Positions 1 through 13,896 of a DNA stretch of 64,000 bases are shown piece after piece. The stretch is from Octopus vulgaris. Its lineage: Eukaryota. The position numbers and the translations under genes were made by a program. The stretch is from the NCBI GenBank assembly GCA_951406725.2, contig OX597838.1, positions 31,310,001 to 31,374,000 on the forward strand. Direction: 5' to 3'. A model generated the notes under the pieces. It was given only the letters and a program-made list of their open reading frames with translations. It did no database searches and was not told the origin of the DNA. Each line of letters opens with the position of its first letter. Position 1 is the stretch's first letter.

Positions 1-1589
1 TCAGGGAGAAATTCTATGACCAAGCAAAAATATTCAACAAAACTGAAGCCTTTTGAATCAGCAGTAACATTTCCACTGAGAGACATAAAAGGAAGAAATG
101 AAATAAAATAAAATAAAATAAAATACCTCCCCCATCACAATTAAGTAAAAGAGAAAAATTAAACATGAAGAGCAAAGAACCACTTTCCTTCCCAGTTGCA
201 TATATTTAGGTGTGCAATATTAATTAAGAATTTGAAATCAATAAAACTTCAAATATTTCATTTAGAAAACCCCCTGGAGCAATACAACAGCAGAAGACTA
301 GAGTTACAAATATCTCCGAGTGAAACCCATTATCTCTACTACAGTCTAGTGTTATATCTAAGTATTTACCAAACACAGCACATATTTTATTTGCTTTCAA
401 TACAACATTATTATTAATTACTATCATTATCATCATTATTGGCAATGGTTTATCACTGAACAAGGTGTCTTTGACTTGGCTGTGTCATATTATAACTGAC
501 AAATTAATACTGGAAATTCACTCCAGGACTTCTTTTAACTTCAGTTAGGCCTTTACAAGGCAAAGATAGATTTTCTTTTGTGCTGCTGCACTATAAAGCA
601 GATATTGCCAGTGAAGTGTCGCAACTCTCATAATAAGCAATAACTGCGTGTCAGCATTTGTGTAGAAGAGGAGGGGCAGGAGGAGTATGTGGAAATGTAG
701 TGATCATAATCCAAGGCTAATGTGGAACGAGAAGGTGTGACATTAATGCGCTTTCATTGGGTTATTGCAGTTTAGGAGTTGATGGATAGACATGGAAACA
801 AAGGAGAATCCTCAAGATGGATGGATATCTTAAAAAAAACTGTGGGAGGAGTGGGGGAGGGGGCAGTTTGATCGGAGAAGGAAAGAACAAATAAGAGCAA
901 ATAGGTTCTAGTGGATTGATATAGTTCACAAGTTCAGAGGGGGACAGAAAACAATGTGGTAGTAGATGAAGAAGGCAAGGAGGAGACACAACCCGACTGG
1001 GTCTGGTCTAACAGTGATGTGGAGGAGTGTTGGTTTATTAAATTCATACCCATTCAGATTGACATTTTTTACTCGCATGTGCGAGCAAGAGTGCGGTGTG
1101 TGTTCGTATGCCACACAGGCACAATCTCAGGTATATAAATAATAATCTAAGAGGTGTTTATGGTTTTTTACACCAGCAGCTGTTGAGGGTAATTTGGAAA
1201 ATGAAACCCAAGCTGCAAAATTACAAATTTTAGCAGTGTGAAGAACATATGTTACCGCTGAATAGAGACTGGTAAAAGTAGCATAGAAAAGGAAAACTGT
1301 TGGCCATGTGTTGTAGTTTGTGAGCAGAGGGTGTGCACTGTTGTGAGATCATTTGCTGTGAATGCATAGTGTCTGTGTTGTTGTGATGCATGCTGAGCAA
1401 TGAGACTGAAGTTGAAGTCCCTAATGAATGATTTCCAGGTATATGCAGACATCGAGCATTTGTGGTCCTAGCATGGCAAGAGGTGAAGGTAAAACCTCTG
1501 CCTGAAAAATGAAGCAAAGTGCATTATGTGTGTGTGTTCGTGTGTCTGCACGGACGTGCTATTTGGTGCGCCAACTAAAATTATTCTTT

Positions 1590-1943
1590 TACTTTTGTTC
1601 TTTTATTTGACTGCAGTCATGCTGGAGCTCTGCCTTTAGTCAAACAAATCAACCCCAGGACTTATTCTTTGTAAGCCTGGTACTTATTCTATTGGTCTCT
1701 CTGGCTGAACCACTAAGTTTGGGGGGTAAACACACCAACATTAGTTGTCAAGCGATGGTGGGCAGACAAGCACTCACACACACACACACAAGCTTTCTTC
1801 AGTTTCCGTCCAGCAAATCCGCTCAAAAGGTCTTGGTCAGCCTGAGGCTATAGTAGAAGACACTTGCCCAAGGTGCAAGGCAGTAGGACTGAACCCGGAA
1901 CCATGTGGTTGGTAAGCAGGCTGCTTACCAGACAGCCACTCCT
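1590..1943 (-). mobile_element. tRNA-headed SINE (family D), degenerate
   Basis: Minus strand begins GGAGTGGCTGTCTGGTAAGC...GGTTCCGGGTTCAGTCC (A/B-box-like), then caccttgggcaagtgtcttctactatagcc. Related copies near 2060-2340, 23570-23715, 35385-35700, 58710-58860 and 60764-61146. Confidence 0.75.
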
Positions 1944-2701
1944 ATAAATATTAATTATTAAATACAAAAAGCAAATGATTTCCAATTCATTATGAGGATG
2001 ATGATGATGATGGTAGATAAGAATTCAGTTCAGTGGCTGGTATTTCCCTGTATCGTCAAACTCAATAAGTAGGTGCAAGCACAACTGTGTGATAAGAAGT
2101 TTGCTTCCCAGCCATATGCTCCCAGGTTCAGTACCACTGCAGAGCAAGTGTTTTCTAATATAACCTCAGACAAAGAAAGGCCTTGTGTATGGATCTGGTG
2201 AACACAAGCAGAGAAAAAAAGCCTGTCATGCGCATGAGTGTGTGTGTGTAAAAATAAATACTGAAACTGCTCCATTCGACTAGAAATTCTTCAATGACGT
2301 GCCCCAGCATGGCCCCAGGCTAATAACTAAAACAAGGAGAAGCTAAATATATAGAGTATGGTAATTATTAAAGCCATGTGCTGTGAACTTGGATCCTGAA
2401 CATATCAAACCCTTCAGTGTCAACACAGACGAGTGAGGATTGTGCGCAATGGATCACAGAGTTTGCCTCTGATTTATTTCTTCGATTAAATATATATTGA
2501 TTTGATGTGAATCTATAAAACATCAACAAAGGATATATTTACATTACACTCACATACACCTGTGTGTGTGTGTGTGTGTGTAAATATAACAATAAGATAC
2601 GTGCATGTGTTTACACTGCACTTTTTTAATATGTTTAATAACATACATACATAGTTAAACAATTTCTTTTTTTTATTGTTGTATATGTGTGTATACACAA
2701 G

Positions 2702-2733
<32 letters not shown>

Positions 2734-3021
2734 AAGTATATGGAATGAGGTCTGTTGTAGACAGCCTGAGTATGAGGGAAGTCCCTCCCTAAGGCATAGA
2801 CCTGTTCAAGACAGTTTTTAATACAAAAACCATCTGTTGCTTTTGTATGTAAGTCATCCATCTTCCATGGCACTGATGATGTTTTCCCAGAAAATGGCAA
2901 CACTGGTTCTGCTTGGCACCAATGTTGCCCCAGGTGTTGCCAAAGTGCAGAGAAGCAAAACAGATGCCATATCTTTTCACTAAGACTCTAATAATCCCAC
3001 CAAACAATTCCCTCAAATGGT

Positions 3022-3024
<3 letters not shown>

Positions 3025-3102
<78 letters not shown>
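3025..3102. repeat. (GA)n microsatellite
   Basis: Uninterrupted GA run. Confidence 0.95.
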
Positions 3103-3106
<4 letters not shown>

Positions 3107-6100
3107 AAACACACAGACAGATTTTACACAAGACTTGAAAGTCCCCTTGCACATTCCTGCCAGTTGGAGCGGTAAGCTAAACTACTTTCGCACTTGTCTA
3201 AGGACAATCCTATCGCTGTTTTCTGCCCAGTTCTCAAAGACCTGTCTCCTCACTCTGTCCAGTGACAGAAGAAGGATTAGGATTTGAACTCAGAATGAAC
3301 AGAGCTCCAAAAAAGATACCCTGAGACACAATATACCGATATTAATCACTGTCCCCAGGCAATGTGATCACTTTCAATCCTCACCTGAACTAAGTAGACA
3401 GACAGACAGACTCATAAACATACCTATGTACTTATACGCATAAATACATATACACAACCACAGGTACAACTCATGCCAGCATGGACAACAAATGTTAAAT
3501 GATGATGATGAGGATGAACCACAAAATTTATCCTCTCAACCCTCCCTACACATACACACGAATTCACCAAAGACAATCAATAATAAATGGTACAGTGAAC
3601 ATTTGTAAAACTTTCCATGGATTCTCCATTTGAAGGTTCTGGTCTGAATTCACACCATCACATGCACATTACGGAACACACATAAACACACAATGCACTG
3701 AAGCACACACACAGAACTAATTCACATATCCATAAAACAGTTGTCTTGACAATCCCTTGGAATCAAAACCAACCAGATCTGGCCTATCACACCTACCCAA
3801 CAATGCTATTCTAAAAACAAACAATCACATCGTTGAAATCTGAAAGCCGCAAGATGATCCATGGTTAATCCTAAGCAATGTGAATAAACAAGCATCACCA
3901 CATTTGACAGAGGAATCTGAATGCTGAAGAGAGATAAAATAGCAAAATAGCCTCATCACTTCATTGGTGACTAGCTTCAATTCTTATAAAGGAGCAAAAC
4001 CTAAGTCCCAGAGATGCACACACACATACACACACACTGCTCTGAATCCTAATGACAACATGGGTGGGTGTAGCAGAAGAAACAAACAAAGTAAAAATCC
4101 AGTTTTCATAATTCCAATGTTACCACACATTGTTAATAATGAATTAGTTTGAAATGACGACTGGTGAACTATTTGAGATAAAGCCATAAACTGCTATGTT
4201 TTAATCAATGATACAATCACAATAAAATGATTTAAATGCTCAACAACTGAATCTCTTCACCAGTGCATTATTATTACTGGTATTATGATTATTTATATTT
4301 TATTTATTGTTGTATTTATTTGCATTTAAAGCAGAACAGGATAACATTACAAGATTGTTGATTAAGTGAATATTTAACGAGGCAAACAAATACAAAAAAT
4401 TGGTTGGCGTTTGGTAAATTTCTTTACAGTTCACAATGATTCTGTCCATAAAAACTGCAAGTTAATTATGCTTTGCAAGTTTTATTGTGTGTATTAATTA
4501 TCATTTATAAAAAGCATTGAAGACTTTCAAACAAATTTTTGTTTTTTTAATTTCTCCAAAGAAACCCTACACAATATTCCTGTCATTGTTCCTGCAAATT
4601 GGTAGAATTATTAAAAGCTGTGGAATAAAACATCTTGTGGTGTTTATTCTAATTCTTTAGCTTCTGAATTCAAATCGCACCTACACCAACTATGTCATTC
4701 ATTCAAGGTCAATAAAACAAAATACCAGTCATGTACTGGGGTTGAGACTTAATCAACTAATCCTCTCACCACCACTATCCCACCACAATTTGTGGCCTTC
4801 TACTTGGTTATTGTCAACAGCAATAATGATGATGGTGATGATGATGATGTATGCAAATTTTGACAACAGGCTAGAAATTGAGGTGGGGACCACCTCCATC
4901 CCACAGCTCCTAACTACACTGACCCCAGTGCTCAACTCTAAAAGGATAAGAGGCAGGATTTGAGCTCAGAACATAAAGTGCTGAAAGAAACACTGCTAAG
5001 CATTTTGTCCTACATGCTAACAATTTTGCCAGCTCACCGTCTTTATTGTTGTTGTTGTTATTATTTCAAATTTTGGCACAAGGCCAGCAATTGAGGAAGA
5101 GGTAGCAAATTACATCAACCTCAGCGAAATTTCAGCAACCCCAAAAGGATGAATGACAAAGCCAATCTCAGTGGGATTTGAACTCAGATGGTAAAGCCAA
5201 AAGAAATGCCACAGAGGATTTTTGCCTGGTGTGCTCACAGTTCTGCCAACTTGTTGCAGCAGCATCAATACGAACAACAACAAAACTTTGCAAACTGATT
5301 AGTAAACCAATTGATAAAGTTTGTTCAAATCCCTGATGCTGCCCTTAGGTATTTTTCTTTAAACATTATTCTAAATACAATATAATCCCTGCCATTAAGA
5401 ATGGGGGGAGGGGTTAGTCAGCATTGGCCAAACTCTGTTATAGAAAAAATAAAATCTAAAATCCTTTTCCCTTCTCTAAGTTACAAAACACAACCATAAT
5501 AACTGAAATTATTTAACTCCATCTTCAAATTAGAATACCACTTCAATATTTCTAAAAGCACATCTCCAGATGACATAGAATATATTTTTCAAAAATATAT
5601 TTACAATTTATAGCTTTTATTTTATATATATATATTAACATATAGAAAATACTTCACTGAACCCACAAAAATCTATTGTTAATACCACAGTATAGATATT
5701 TATTTATTTGCAATCTACAAACAGCTACAACCAAACCATACTTAATCACAACCTAACCCCTAACTACATAGAAACAGCCAAATGTCCTGTTTAATATCAA
5801 TGCAATGTCAGGAATTACAATACTAAACTATTAACTTTAATCTTAATAGTCCACAACTAAAACTACTGCCAACAAGTCACTAAGGTTGAAATGATAGACT
5901 GAACCATCTCTGCAGTTTCAGCATTCAGATTACTCTGTTGAACGTAATGCTTTATTGACTCACACTGTTTTCATTTAATCATGCACAGTGTCACAGCTTT
6001 CACATTTTGATGATATGAATGTTTATCTTTAGAATGACATTGTCGGGTAGGTGTGAGAGATCACATCTAGCTCGTTAGAACATGAAGCGGGTAGAATATT

Positions 6101-9100
6101 TGGGCTGGATATGGCCAGTTTAAATGCTAAAGGTTTAAGTAATATTGGTTTCATATTTTGGCACAAGGCCAGCAATTTCAGGGAGTGGAGTAAGTCGATT
6201 ACATCAACCCCAGCGCTCAACTGGTACTCATTTTATCGATCCCAAAAGGCTGAAAGGCAGAAATCGACTTTGGCAGAATTTGAACTCAGAACATAGAGAC
6301 AAACAAAATGCCTCTTAGCCTTTTGTCCAGCTTGCTAATGATTCTGCCCGCACACCATCTTAAAAGTTTAAGTAATATTAACAGACATCACTTGTAGCTA
6401 AAAGTTCCAGAAAACATTGTATATCCTCCCTGCAAGACCAACTAAATTGTAACCAGGTGTTTGTCCACTGGATACTCCCCTCTCGTATTTCGCAGGTTTT
6501 GAACTCCAAACTTAGGGTTAAATATGAATAGACTGTTTTCTTTGTTCAATCTGTGATTAATCTTTAAGCATTATAATTTATTCTAAAAAGCGAAGGAAAA
6601 GAAACTGAAGTGTATTAGTTTGTTCTAAGTCTTTCGTCAACAATTAGAAATTGATCAGCCTGGTGGAGGAGCAGTAGATAAACCACTTTTGATTATTCTC
6701 AAGTGGTTTAGATTCTGTAAACACCAATTTTGTCAGACTGCTCGGAAATAAACACTGAATCCTGTCCTCACCTCACTGTGACACACAATCTGTCAATTAC
6801 AATGTTACAATTAACAAATTGATTAATAATAACAACAGTAGGAATACTTTCAATAATTGTGTCTGATTATTCCCATCATCAATAACCAATAATAAGCAGT
6901 TTAACCAAACCAAAAAAAAAAAAAAAAAAAAAACCGATTTTCATTTCAAAACAAATTTTCAAAAATTGCTTTTTTTAATTTCAGTTGGTTTTTTTTGTTT
7001 TTTAAATGTGAAAATGATATTAAAAGCTGTGAAATTATCTTTTAAATGATACGGGGTAGAATGTATTTGGTAAGCAATAAAATGAATAGCCGACATAAAT
7101 GTGTAAAAGCATTGTGTCATAAAGCCAGTTTGCCTGCACATGTCGTTAATTAACATGATAACTGTATCCGAAATCTCTAGCGTGTTGGGAACAGCTGGAG
7201 GGAGAGAGGAGGAGGCGGAGAAGCAGGAGGTGTTTAGCTTACAAGAGCACATAATTTCAGTAAAGAGATAGCTATATTAAATATCCAAAAACCAATGCTA
7301 TTTTCTGCTATCTATTCTAATCAATATTGACTAACCACAACCTATGCCACTAAACAGGCGGCAGTCAGCAAGATCTCGAGACAAGAAAGCATTTCGTTTC
7401 ACTGGCAGCTTTAAATATAGCATTCAAGTCACAATAATCCTTACAAATTAATTATGGACGGGGGGACACGCACACACACACGAAAAAAAAAGAAGAAAAA
7501 AATGTCAAAATTTGGTGGTAGCAAAGTAGGAAGAATTAGAGGCAAATAATATTGTAAGAAACGTTATTTCTGCACTTTTGAAATAAACCTGTCTGTCTTT
7601 CATTTTAGCAGAAGGAAAGAAGAGAAGAGAAGAGAAAGAGAAACAGCATCAGTTAAAAACGTTTCCCCCACTTCTGTCAACTGAGAAAGTGTGTGTGTGT
7701 GTGTGTGTACGTACACATACTCATTCATATATATATATATGTGTGCGTGTGTGGGAAGGGTGAGTGGGGCTAAATTTTGCTAAATACACCATTAAACCAT
7801 AGAAATATCAACTCACCCACTTACCTACCCCTTCCCTGCCATTCAGTAAAAAAAAAACCCAGGTAAACTATAATAATCCTGACAATATGGTGTAATAAAG
7901 ACTAGAAACTGTACAGATGGATTCAACAAGGAAACCTAATCCATTTAAACCAAGGGTTTTTTCTTTCTTTCTTTAACCAATCCAACCCATTTTCCCTCAC
8001 CACACACACACATAAGGTAAGGAATGTAATATAAACAGATTTTCTGACTGAATTCCTCTTATGGTAAGTGATTAAAGTGATGTACAAGAAATGTCTTAAA
8101 ATGATTTACATTAAATATTATCAAGTACAGTAATGCCAGGTGATAAGATTAAGTGGGTGTTATGACTGAGTTAAGTCAGTCAGTGAACAACATCTGCTGC
8201 TGCTGCTGTTGTTGTTGTTGTTGTCGTAGAGAGGAGGGGGGTCAGTAAAATTGATGCATTTGAAATTATTTGAGATATTAAACCATGTGATTTTGGGTTT
8301 CTTTTTTTTTTTTTGCTTTTTGGGTTGGATGTTTCCCCCCCTGCCTTTGGTATTTTTTTTTCCCTTCCCTGTACTCCTAACATATCCAGAAGAAGAAAAG
8401 GAAAACTGCTTTAAGTGCTACTTTAGCTAGCAAGAGACAGAGACAGAGAAAGACAGAAGAATGGAATTATAGAAGAGAACGACAAAACAGCAGGATGATA
8501 AGGGCTTTTAGTAAATCTTTTGATAACCATTTTATTGCTAAAACACTCTCCAGCTATCTTCCTTTCTTTCTTCTCTATCCAGAAAGGAAAGAAAAATGTT
8601 CTATCCAGCCAAATGAATAAAATATGCTGTACATGGAAACAGTGGATAGAATTGGTTAGATTTACAGAACGACAAATATATACGCGCGTGTGTGTGTGTG
8701 TCTGTGTGTGGTGCAAAATAAGAGGACTGAGGAGATATCAGTGTGAAATAACTGTAGCTGTGTAAGCTGACAAGTTTGTATTGAGGTAGTAAAAAGGTTA
8801 AATAAAGTCACCTTCAAAATATTTCAGAGCTGTTCTAAGCAGTGACAAACAAATATGTGGAGAAGAGAAATAATACTGACACACTCAGGTAAACAATATA
8901 TTGAAGAGTCAGCTACTGAAAGAAATAAAACCACTAAATATCTGTTGAATAATTCAAGCAGTTATGTGTGAAACGAACATGTGTTGAAGATGGGTGAACA
9001 CATGGTTGAAGGAAATTAAGCAATTGTATTAAGATGATGATTATAACAGGTTTAGTTTGACTGGCTACTTGATCCATTATTAGTCTTTCTAACCATCACT

Positions 9101-9537
9101 GTTCTCATCTGTTAAGACTTACAATAAATACTAAATACCATAAGAAATTTAGAGATCATACAGAAAATAACTCATTGCAAAAAAAAAAATATATATATAA
9201 ACTGTACCTTTCCCCATAACATCACTGCACACCTTAATTGTTCACATAGCCACCCCACCACTACCTGTTTGTCTCTTCCTCACTCCACCCTGATTGCCTT
9301 CTCTTCTAAAGGGAATAGTCTTATAGCTTCGCTACATTAAGGAACTTGTTCTGCTTAGGCCCCTTCTATATGTAAACCCTTCATTTCCTAGCATAAAGCT
9401 GTCTCCTTGAGGTTTGAAGTCTTACAAGCTGCATGGTGACCTCACTAGTGTCGGTGGCATAAAGAAGAAAAAACACCCCAGCACATGTTGTAAAGTGGCT
9501 GGTGTTAACAAGGGTATCCAACCATAGAATCTACACC

Positions 9538-9758
9538 TATTTCTTTACTACCCACAAGGGGCTAAACATAGAGGGGACAGACAAACAGATCAAGTCAATT
9601 ACATCGACCCCAGTGCGTAACTGGTACTTAATTTATCGACCCCGAAAGGATGAAAGGCAAAGTCGACCTCGGCGGAATTTGAACTCAGAACGTAACAGCA
9701 GACGAAATACAGCTACGCATTTCGCCCGGCGTGTTAACGCTTCTGCCAGCTCGCCGCC
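9538..9758 (-). mobile_element. Young SINE family A copy
   Basis: Reverse complement of the 12685-12908 element (ggcggcgagctggcaga...gagttcaaattccgccgaggtcgactttgcctttcatcctttcggggtcgataaattaagtaccag). Confidence 0.85.
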
Positions 9759-9793
9759 AAAGGAAACAGTGGAGCATGATGCGGTCCTCAGGA

Positions 9794-9979
9794 CAGTGGT
9801 TCTCAACCTTTTTAATATCTAGGCCAGATCCAAAACCTAGATTTTTTTTTTTAGTGGGCCCTGCACACGCACAAAAAAAAAACAAAAAAACAAGTCAATT
9901 AAAGAAAAATATATTTAAAGAAATAAGACTATCATGGGTAACCACAAGGACGCTTGAGGGCCACAGTTGGGAATCATTG
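9794..9979. mobile_element. hAT (Charlie-like) MITE, diverged
   Basis: CAGTGGTTCTCAAC ... GTTGGGAATCATTG imperfect TIRs. Confidence 0.6.
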
Positions 9980-10967
9980 CCTTAAACCCATCAGATACAA
10001 TCATACCGCCCTACCCATGCCAGCATGGAACATGGATGTGAAGTGATGATGATGATCATCATCATCATCATATGGAGTTTTCATTTTAGACCAGGTTCAT
10101 ATATTATGACAAGTCCCCTCAAGTTCAGTAGCCAAAGTCAGAAAATCAATTTTGTAAATTAAAATTGTGTTAAGAATTGAATTAATAGAAAGTTACTTTC
10201 ACTGCTGACTCTGAAAAATTGTTTACCGGAAATCTTGCACAGTTAGTTTTAGTACCACATGTACGTATAACAGCAAGGCAGAGGTTTCAAGTTAAGAGAT
10301 AAGAATAATGACAAAGATACTTTAATCACGCATTATCACTCATGTTTGGTTGTAACAAAGACACTTTAATTATTATCACTCCTGCCTTATTGTAACATAC
10401 AAAGGAAACTAAAGTTAATATAACAGCATTAAAAATATAAATGTAAAATAATAAAAAAAATATCTAATCCATAATCGTTAGACAAAATATATATTCTTTT
10501 CTACTCTAGACACAACTGGTACTTAATCCAAATGTAACAAAATAACAATTGGCAAATGGAACAACCATGATTATCATTCTGGAAACTGCAATATTTCAGA
10601 GAGAAAAACCATGTCCAACAATAATAAGAAGAAGATAGTATGTAAATAAAAAAAATAGCTGTAAACAACTTCAGCTGCACCCATCAAACGAACAAGTGGG
10701 TTTTAATGTGTAACTTTAGAACCAATAAAATCAATGAAGACTGTGGAAAATTCCAGTCAAGGAGGAGAAATTAGATTTGTATGTTAAAAATCAGAGGTAA
10801 AAAAACAAAGGTGTAAATGTAAAAATCCTAATAATGTCATATGATCCTGTATAAAGACAGAAATAGGTAAGCAATTAACAAGAATTACAACCATTCACAG
10901 ATTTTAGTAAATTTATGAAGAAATTTACCATCTAAAAGTTGGTAACTGATTTGTGAAACAATATTAA

Positions 10968-11354
10968 CCCTTTTGTTACTAACCCGGCCAAAACCGGCTC
11001 TGGCTCTGTGGTAAAATGTCTTGTTTTCATAAGTTTTGAATTAAAATATTCCACCAAGCCTTAGTCTCAATTTACGTTCCTAACACTAGCTTAATGCTAA
11101 CTAAGTTATTTTACTAAATTCTTTGTTATCATCATCATCATCATTTAGCGTCCGCTTTCCATGCTAGCATGGGTTGGACGGTTCAGCTGGGGTCTGTGAA
11201 GCCAGAAGGCTGCATCAGGCCCAGTCTGATCTGGCAGTGTTTCTACGGCTGGATGCCCTTCCTAACGCCAACCACTCCGTGAGTATAGTGGGTGCTTTTT
11301 AAAATAATTGAAAGAAACACAGAGCATCTCAAAATAAATACAGTAACGAAAGGG
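10968..11354. mobile_element. piggyBac-like MITE family 2, interrupted by a SINE fragment
   Basis: TTAA|CCCTTTTGTTAC ... GTAACGAAAGGG|TTAA. An insert at ~11130-11300 (catcatcatttagcgtccgctttccatgc...) splits a body that is contiguous in the 33974 and 39091 copies. Confidence 0.85.
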
Positions 11355-11367
11355 TTAAGAAGTTTAA

Positions 11368-11813
11368 CCCTTTTGATACCAACCCACCTAGAACTGCCCT
11401 TCATGCTAAGATGCAAATTCCTTCTTTTAAAGAAATCTAAATTAAAACCTTCCATAAAAATTTCAAATTAAATTTATATTTCAAGCACAAAATAATCCTT
11501 TCTACTAAAGACATAAGGCCTGTAATTTAGGGGAGGGGAGGACTAGTCGATTACATCGACCCCAGTGTTTCACTGGTACTTAATTCATTGACCCCAAAAG
11601 GATGAAAGGCAAAGTCAATCTTGGTGGAATTTGAACTCAGAACATAGCGACTAGCGAAATACAATTAAGCATTTTGTCCAGTATGCTAACGATTCTGTCA
11701 GCTCGCTTAATAATGAGCAAAGTTATTTTACTAAATTCTTTGTTACTTTCAAAATTAATCAAAAAAAAAACACAAAATTCAATGAATTTCTTCAGAAATA
11801 TGGTAACAAAAAG
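11368..11813. mobile_element. Older family 2-related MITE interrupted by a family A-type SINE
   Basis: TTAA|CCCTTTTGATACC start and ...GTAACAAAAAG|TTAA end; SINE sequence at ~11495-11705. Confidence 0.65.
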
Positions 11814-12684
11814 TTAATTCTTTTTGTACCAATCCATCTAGGACCACCTCTGGTTATATGATATAAACTTCCCGTTTTAAAAGTGACCTGAATTAAAACC
11901 TTCCATGAAAAATTAACATGGGGAAACATGTGGCTGATCATAAGATTGTTTCGATCCCAGGAAAAGGCAATGCATTGTGTTCTTGGGCAAAACACTTCAC
12001 TTCACATTGCTCCAGTCCACTCAGCTGACAAAAATGTGTAATCCTGCTCACTGCGAGGGTTGGGGGTTTGTATGTGCCGTGGAATCTAGGAATCCTACGA
12101 GTCTAGATTCTATCCAAATTAATAGAGATCATGAAAGATGGATGAAACAATGGTGAGTGGGGGATGTCATAAGGAGAACAAGTGATAACTGGAGAAAGAC
12201 GTAGGGGAGATTGTGATGGTAGGAATTAATGAATATGGACAAATTTGATACCTTCCCTCTTTACACAAGTATCCTGATGGAACAGAGGGACTATCACCAC
12301 TCTAACCAGAATTCTACTGCGGAATAATCTATGTAGATACACCAGCTAAATTGTATATACATACATATCCATACATGGATACCTAAAGAAAATACCCAAA
12401 TACAAGCACAGTCAAATTTCTAGGCCCTTTCAAAATTCCGCCCCTCTGTTATCTATGCTCCTGTATCAACCTAACACAGCCTTCAATCATTTCTGTATTG
12501 CCCATCAACTCTGAAGTTTGCACTTTACTTTTAGATTCTACAGCCAAGCTATACCATTAAGTGGTGTCACTAGAAAAGCCGCCCACCAAGTATCCTACTA
12601 ACCCTTTCCAATGCCTCTCTCTCTCTCTCACACACACACACATACATACATACATACACACATTATATGCATGTATACATATAA

Positions 12685-12908
12685 AGGTGGCGAGCTGGCA
12701 GAAACGTTAGCAGGCTGGGCGAAATGCGTAGCTGTATTTCGTCTGCCGTTACGTTCTGAGTTCAAATTCCGCCTAGGTCGACTTTGCCTTTCATCCTTTC
12801 GGGGTCGATAAATTAAGTACCAGTTACGCACTGAGGGTCGACGTAATCCGTTTGTCTGTCCTTGTTTGTCCCCTCTGTGTTTAGCCTCTTGTGGGTAGTA
12901 AAGAAATA
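12685..12908 (+). mobile_element. Young SINE family A copy with 21-bp TSD
   Basis: B-box-like GAGTTCAAATTCC; central gcctttcatcctttcggggtcgataaa domain (resembles Deu/Nin-type SINE cores, from memory); flanked by direct repeat TATATGCATGTATACATATAA at 12664-12684 and 12909-12929. Confidence 0.9.
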
Positions 12909-13854
12909 TATATGCATGTATACATATAATCCTTCTCATCATTATGATTTGATATCCACACTTTCCATATCGACAGGAGTCCCAGCCAGTTCTTATTCTG
13001 AATTACTGCCATTGATATTCTAAAAACGTTTAAACTAAAGAAAAAATATGGTGGTAAGACACTCAAGAGAGCTGAACAGCAGAAGGTCTTCAAAGAAGAA
13101 ACCCCACTCAGGAAAGTGTTTTGATCCTTAACTTCTTAAACTAAAGAAGAAAAAAATTTCTTCAGCATTTAAACCAGCCATATCTGACCAAAAATATTCT
13201 ACCAGTTTTATGTTCAAACTGGAAAGACCCAGCCTCTTGCACCTATCTTACAAATATCAACCTAAAAGTAAGCAATCACACATCACTGAAAGTTTGAAAC
13301 TATGAGATTAATGCACGATTAATTGAAAACAATGTGAATAAAGAAGGATTAATTTTGACAGGATAATCTGAATGCTGAAGGGTTAATTTCCCAAATTTTA
13401 GAGTGCAGGAACGATTAAAATATATTTAGAAACTAGAATTAATTTCATATAGAATTTCAATATCTTTTAATGTGTTCATTCATTCCAAAAATATATTTAT
13501 TATAAATGCAAAGAAGATCAATATTTGCTTTTCTCCTCTCTGTTCTTTGTTTTTATTCTTACTATTACTGTTATTAGAATGTAGCCCTGGTCACTTGTAA
13601 ATTACATTTCAAACAAAGATTTTAGTCACTGTGCTTTTTGAGAACATCAAATCTAACATACATTTTACTTACACATTCAAACCTTTTTTCAGCATGAATT
13701 CTAATTGAAAATTTTATTTAATTGGCTGTCAATTCAAGTTTCAATTCCAGAATCCATATTTTGCTGTTTTTCCCCCACTCAATTTCCCATTTTAGTTATG
13801 AAAACATCTGTTTCATCAATTTTGAATTTCAAACAGAAAAACCTGGAAACTACA

Positions 13855-13896
<42 letters not shown>

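Noticed and set aside
1-125. Strong minus-strand polypyrimidine tract and CAG acceptor at ~76-78 as the next MED13 exon
   Set aside because: The phase-compatible frame reads CGNVTADSKGFSFVEYFCLV, with no MED13 similarity I can recognise; cannot be supported.
1230-1517. Acceptor-like ttcatttttcag at ~1502 and 95-aa / 66-aa ORFs
   Set aside because: The frame compatible with exon F stops after about 10 codons and the other frames show no recognisable domain.
7330-7430. Minus-strand LPVKR peptide resembling the sequence expected after exon F
   Set aside because: No AG acceptor in the required position or phase, and the frame closes shortly after.
12190-12285. Minus-strand GYLCKEGRYQICPY, vaguely like the Cys motif before a Penelope GIY-YIG domain
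   Set aside because: Too short and degenerate, with no following GIY-YIG motif visible.
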